Of a stretch of 64,000 nucleotides of DNA, positions 60,304 to 64,000 are shown in pieces (within the stretch, counting starts at the first letter, position 1; every line of letters starts with the position of its first letter). The notes beneath the pieces are model-generated. The model saw only the letters and a program-made list of their open reading frames with translations. It did no database searches and was not told the DNA's origin. Source of the DNA: an uncultured Chitinophagaceae bacterium (lineage in GTDB: Bacteria; Bacteroidota; Ignavibacteria; UBA10030; UBA8401); the NCBI GenBank assembly GCA_964355925.1, contig CAYHFN010000004.1, forward strand, positions 2,386 through 66,385, written 5' to 3'. Made by a program: the position numbers and the translations under genes.

Positions 60304-61604
60304 AAATACTCATAAAAAATAGCGTAGCTGTTACTCTCTTCCCAAATTCGATGGAAACCGTCGATCTTCGAATCTGCAATGGTTTTATAATGGAACGTGG
60401 AAAAGGTCTTTTGCCGCAACCGGGAGAAAAAGTTTTTGATCTCAATGGAAAAATTGTTTTACCGGGAATGGTGAATGCCCATACTCATTTGTATTCCTCT
60501 CTTTCCCGCGGAATGCCGATGCCGAAAACATCACCCAAAAATTTCATTGAGATACTGAAAAAGATCTGGTGGAAATTGGATCGCGCGCTTGATGAAGAGA
60601 CGATCTATTATAGTGCACTGGTCGGAGCAATTGAAGCTGTTCAAAACGGCACAACAACAATCATCGATCATCATGCATCGCCAAATGCTATCAAAGGTTC
60701 TCTCGATATTATTAAAGAAGCAATGGCAAAGGTTGGACTTCGCGGTGTATTATGCTATGAAGTAACAGATCGCGGCGGTAAGAAACAGCGTGATGAAGGA
60801 ATTGCTGAAAATGAAAATTTTATCCGTTCAAACCACAAAAATCCATTCTTTCGCGGACTTGTCGGCGCACATGCTTCATTCACATTAAGTGAAGAGTCGC
60901 TTGCACTCTGCGGTGAATTAGCCTCCGCATATAATACCGGAGTTCATATTCACGTTGCGGAAGATTTGTGCGATGTTATTGATGCTGAAAGAAAATATCA
61001 CTGCAGTATTGTTGACCGTCTTTCCCGCAATAATATCCTTACGAACAAATCAATTCTTGCTCACTGTATCCATCTTTCGCAAAAAGATTATTCCCCCCTG
61101 AACAAAGCTCAAACGTGGTTTGCACACAACCCGCGTTCGAATATGAATAATAAGGTTGGGTATGCCCCAATCCATCAATTCAAAAATCGTGGAATGATTG
61201 GGACGGATGGTTTTCCTTCGGATATGATCGAAGAAGCAACAATCGCTTTTTTCAAACGCCAAGATTCTCAGCAAAAACAAAAAATTGATTTTTCCCGTAT
61301 TATTTCCGGCGGACAGCAATACATTTCGGAGACGTTCGGTTCAAAGTTTGGAACACTTGCAAAAAATTCTGTTGCCGATCTTGTGGTCTCCGATTATGTA
61401 CCACCGACTCCAATGACGAAAGAAAATATTCTCGGTCATTATTTATTTGGAATGCGTTCGGCAAATGTTGAATCTGTTATGGTTGGTGGAAAATGGGTTT
61501 TGAAAGATCGCAAAGTGTTGGGAGTTGTTGTTGAGCGAATATATTCCGAAGCAGATAAGAAATCGAAAAAAATGTGGATCAAAATGATGGAGACGGTCCC
61601 TTGA
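60300..61604 (+). CDS. ssnA: SsnA-type amidohydrolase (chlorohydrolase/aminohydrolase family)
   Basis: MKILIKNSVAVTLFP... N-terminus like SsnA. HTHLYSS metal motif, HVAE, and D near the C-terminus. TTG start overlaps the upstream TGA. Confidence 0.7.
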   Translation: MKILIKNSVAVTLFPNSMETVDLRICNGFIMERGKGLLPQPGEKVFDLNGKIVLPGMVNAHTHLYSSLSRGMPMPKTSPKNFIEILKKIWWKLDRALDEETIYYSALVGAIEAVQNGTTTIIDHHASPNAIKGSLDIIKEAMAKVGLRGVLCYEVTDRGGKKQRDEGIAENENFIRSNHKNPFFRGLVGAHASFTLSEESLALCGELASAYNTGVHIHVAEDLCDVIDAERKYHCSIVDRLSRNNILTNKSILAHCIHLSQKDYSPLNKAQTWFAHNPRSNMNNKVGYAPIHQFKNRGMIGTDGFPSDMIEEATIAFFKRQDSQQKQKIDFSRIISGGQQYISETFGSKFGTLAKNSVADLVVSDYVPPTPMTKENILGHYLFGMRSANVESVMVGGKWVLKDRKVLGVVVERIYSEADKKSKKMWIKMMETVP

Positions 61605-61632
61605 CTTATTATAGTGGAGACAATATTTTCTA

Positions 61633-63621
61633 ATGGCAGAACTCGTACCAATATCATTCAACACTCTTTTACGAAGAATGTATTACGAATACTCGAAGAC
61701 AAATGCGATCTTCGATCTGCCGTCACGAAAATTCTACTCTCCATCTGTTGAAGAAAATCTCTCAGTAACTTCCTGCGGAAATCCAGCCGCAAATCCTGTC
61801 GGACCCGCTGCCGGACCTCACACACAACTCGCACAAAATATCGTACTCTCGTGGCTTGCCGGTTCACGAATTCTCGAATTAAAAACTATTCAGATCAAAG
61901 ACCAACTTGAACTTTCGCGGCCATGTATCGATATGGCGACAATCGGTTATAATACAGAATGGTCGCAGGAATTGCCCCTTGAAGATTCTGCGAGAGAATA
62001 TGTAAAAGCAAGTATGATCGTAGAAATTTTGAAACATTGGCTGTTTCTTGATGTCCCAAATTCAAAATTCAAAGCATCACAATTTAATACGATCTATGAT
62101 GTGAGCGTCGGATACGATCTTGCTGGAATTCAATCACCGCAAATCAGGTCGTGGTTGAAAACGATGAAGGATGCAACTATTCTTATTGAAGAATTACGAA
62201 AAGAAATACCGGATGAGTTCAAACACTACCGTAATCTTTCATTCGACAGAAAAATATCGGACAGCATCACACTGTCAACGTTTCACGGAACTCCTGCTGA
62301 TGAAATTGAACGGATCACTGAATTCCTGTTGAGTGAAATGGGATTTCATGTTGTTGTGAAAATGAATCCGCCAATGCTCGGCAAAGCGCGTTTAGAACAT
62401 TTGTTGTATGAAAAACTCGGATACACGGATATTGTGGTGAATCCGAAAGCGTATGAAGTGAATATTCTGTTTGATGATGCTGTTGCAATGATAAAACGTT
62501 TGCAGTTTGTCGGCGCGAAAAATGGAAAAATTGTTGGGGTAAAATTCGGTAACACGCTGGAAGTGGTGAACAAGGGAAATTTCCTGAAAGACAACGTTCA
62601 ATATCTATCCGGACAACCGCTTCACATTCTTCATCTTTCCCTTGTTGATGAATGGCGTAAAGTTTTTGGCGGTGGTTTTCCAATTTCATTTTCTGCCGGT
62701 GTTGATGCAAATAATTTCGCCGATTGTGTTTCCATTGGACTTGTTCCTGTTACAACGTGCACCGATCTTCTTCGCCCTGGTGGCTATGGACGATTACAGC
62801 AATATCTTTTGAATTTAGAAAGGCGGATGAAAGATGCGGGAGCAACGACGATTGATGAGTTTATTATGAGAACTGGTTCAGGGTTCACGGTTCAGGATTC
62901 AAATGAAACAATAACCATGAACCTTCAAACAGCAATTTTACAAAACACATCTTTGGTACTTGAAAAATCTGTCGTGAATGCACGTTACCATTTTTTAAAC
63001 AATTCAAAATCTCCAAGAAAAATAGGAAGCAGTTTGCAATTGTTTGACTGCATCAACTGTGATAAATGTATTCCTGTTTGTCCGAACAATGCAAATTTTT
63101 ATTTTGAAATTGAGCCGATTGACATTGATTACGATAATGTTGAAGTATCGTCGAAGGGATGGAAGAAAATTGTTGGCGGACATTTATCAATTAAAGAAAA
63201 ACATCAGATCGGTAATTATGCTGATGCATGCAATGATTGCGGCAATTGCGATGTTTTTTGTCCTGAAGATGGCGGACCATATATTGAGAAGCCAAGATTC
63301 TTTGGTTCGATAGAATCCTATAAAAAATGGAATTCGTTAAGCGGATTTGTTTTGCAATCTAATAAAAACGGTGTTATGCTCTTTGGTCGGTTTAAAGACA
63401 AGGAATACGAATTACATCGAGGAAGGCAAAGCAGCAATACAGTTTTCAAAAGCAATTCAGCACAAGTGACAATACATTCTGAAACAGACGATATACTTGA
63501 TGCAATAAGTGCTACTTCTTCGGTTGTAGATATGCGATACTATTTTGTGATGTCCACATTGTTAAACGGTATCATGAATGCACAAAAAGTCCATTTTGTA
63601 AATACAGAATTTATACATTAA
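61633..63621 (+). CDS. YgfK-N-terminal-like Fe-S protein (DHOD/DPD-like barrel + 2x 4Fe-4S), lacking a GltD-like half
   Basis: ELVPISFNTLLRRMYYEY....IFDLP..KFY N-terminus like YgfK. CINCDKCIPVCP and CNDCGNCDVFCP clusters. No GxGxxG motif. Confidence 0.65.
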   Translation: MAELVPISFNTLLRRMYYEYSKTNAIFDLPSRKFYSPSVEENLSVTSCGNPAANPVGPAAGPHTQLAQNIVLSWLAGSRILELKTIQIKDQLELSRPCIDMATIGYNTEWSQELPLEDSAREYVKASMIVEILKHWLFLDVPNSKFKASQFNTIYDVSVGYDLAGIQSPQIRSWLKTMKDATILIEELRKEIPDEFKHYRNLSFDRKISDSITLSTFHGTPADEIERITEFLLSEMGFHVVVKMNPPMLGKARLEHLLYEKLGYTDIVVNPKAYEVNILFDDAVAMIKRLQFVGAKNGKIVGVKFGNTLEVVNKGNFLKDNVQYLSGQPLHILHLSLVDEWRKVFGGGFPISFSAGVDANNFADCVSIGLVPVTTCTDLLRPGGYGRLQQYLLNLERRMKDAGATTIDEFIMRTGSGFTVQDSNETITMNLQTAILQNTSLVLEKSVVNARYHFLNNSKSPRKIGSSLQLFDCINCDKCIPVCPNNANFYFEIEPIDIDYDNVEVSSKGWKKIVGGHLSIKEKHQIGNYADACNDCGNCDVFCPEDGGPYIEKPRFFGSIESYKKWNSLSGFVLQSNKNGVMLFGRFKDKEYELHRGRQSSNTVFKSNSAQVTIHSETDDILDAISATSSVVDMRYYFVMSTLLNGIMNAQKVHFVNTEFIH

Positions 63622-63713
63622 CCGTGGATGATACAGAAAAATACAGATATTCACAGATACAATGTTACAGCGTAAATCTGTGTTGTTTCAGCGTAATCCG
63701 TGGTGAATAAAAT

Positions 63714-64000
63714 ATGAATACAATGCAATTTACATTGAATGGAAAAGAATTCGAAGCAACACTTGATGAGAATTTCTCGTTGATGGATGTTCTGCGCGAA
63801 CAAGCAGGGTTGATCTCCCCGAAGAATGGCTGCGCACCTCAGGGTTCGTGCGGTTGCTGCGTTGTTATCGTTGATGGTAAAGCAGTTTCGTCGTGCGCAG
63901 TTCCGGCAAAGAATGTGGAGGGGAAGAATGTCATTACGCTTGAAGGATTAGATGAAAACGAGCGCAATATTTTTGCAAAAGCATTTGTTCTTGCTGCCGG
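63714..64000 (+). CDS. molybdenum hydroxylase (xanthine dehydrogenase family), N-terminal 2Fe-2S domain; 3' end beyond window
   Basis: Manual translation gives MNTMQFTLNGKEFEATLDENFSLMDVLREQAGLISPKNGCAPQGSCGCCVVIVDGKAVSSCAVPA...ITLEGL. The frame is open to the window end. This ORF is not in the ORF track. Confidence 0.8.
   Translation, partial: MNTMQFTLNGKEFEATLDENFSLMDVLREQAGLISPKNGCAPQGSCGCCVVIVDGKAVSSCAVPAKNVEGKNVITLEGLDENERNIFAKAFVLAA

Overview
AT-rich bacterial chromosomal window, densely coding on both strands. It is mostly core housekeeping, arranged in long, tightly coupled gene chains with many ATGA/TAATG/TTGA stop-start overlaps. Two large proteins end in a Por/T9SS-type C-terminal sorting domain (NFPNPFNPTT / NYPNPFNPTT). 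Together with the gene content, this suggests a member of the FCB superphylum, possibly Ignavibacteria-like; that is an inference and no search was possible.

Main blocks, in order:
- dnaE (3' part) and trxA.
- A PilC/PilB-type secretion-ATPase pair, followed by three short non-canonical pilin-like genes and a YD-repeat protein.
- A 533-bp hairpin-rich non-coding gap.
- aspS, an AtuA-like pair, prfB (with the classical +1 frameshift), and lolC/E x2 plus lolD.
- A CIRCE operator with groES-groEL, then an M24 peptidase.
- argH; rpsF-rpsR-rplI; prs-rplY-pth.
- An alpha/beta hydrolase and bioY.
- The minus-strand chain pgsA-pgpA-cinA-recA-recX-AI-2E permease-PolB-like exonuclease.
- A 1245-aa protein with lamin-tail, OB-like, Fn3, PLD (2x HKD) and T9SS domains.
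- Small transporter and methyltransferase genes, a class-A beta-lactamase-like gene, and a lone Xer-like recombinase with substituted catalytic residues.
- leuS coupled to an LPS-type cluster (GT2, MsbA-like, O-antigen-ligase-like, GT2), DUF1844 and nadK.
- A 5'-nucleotidase with a small CX4CH lipoprotein, a class II photolyase and a T9SS M1 aminopeptidase.
- A polytopic-membrane/P-loop NTPase fusion.
- At the right edge, a ThrC-like / SsnA / short YgfK-like / 2Fe-2S molybdenum-hydroxylase cluster that runs off the window.

No rRNA, tRNA, CRISPR array, transposase or obvious defence system was recognised. The candidates I consider least explained are:
- the pilus-like module with Met-Gly-initiated pseudopilins;
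- the hairpin array upstream of aspS;
- the LTD-PLD surface nuclease candidate, which carries a G9 tract;
- the membrane-NTPase fusion;
- the truncated YgfK-type cluster.

All functional calls rest on motif and family recognition by eye, not on database searches.
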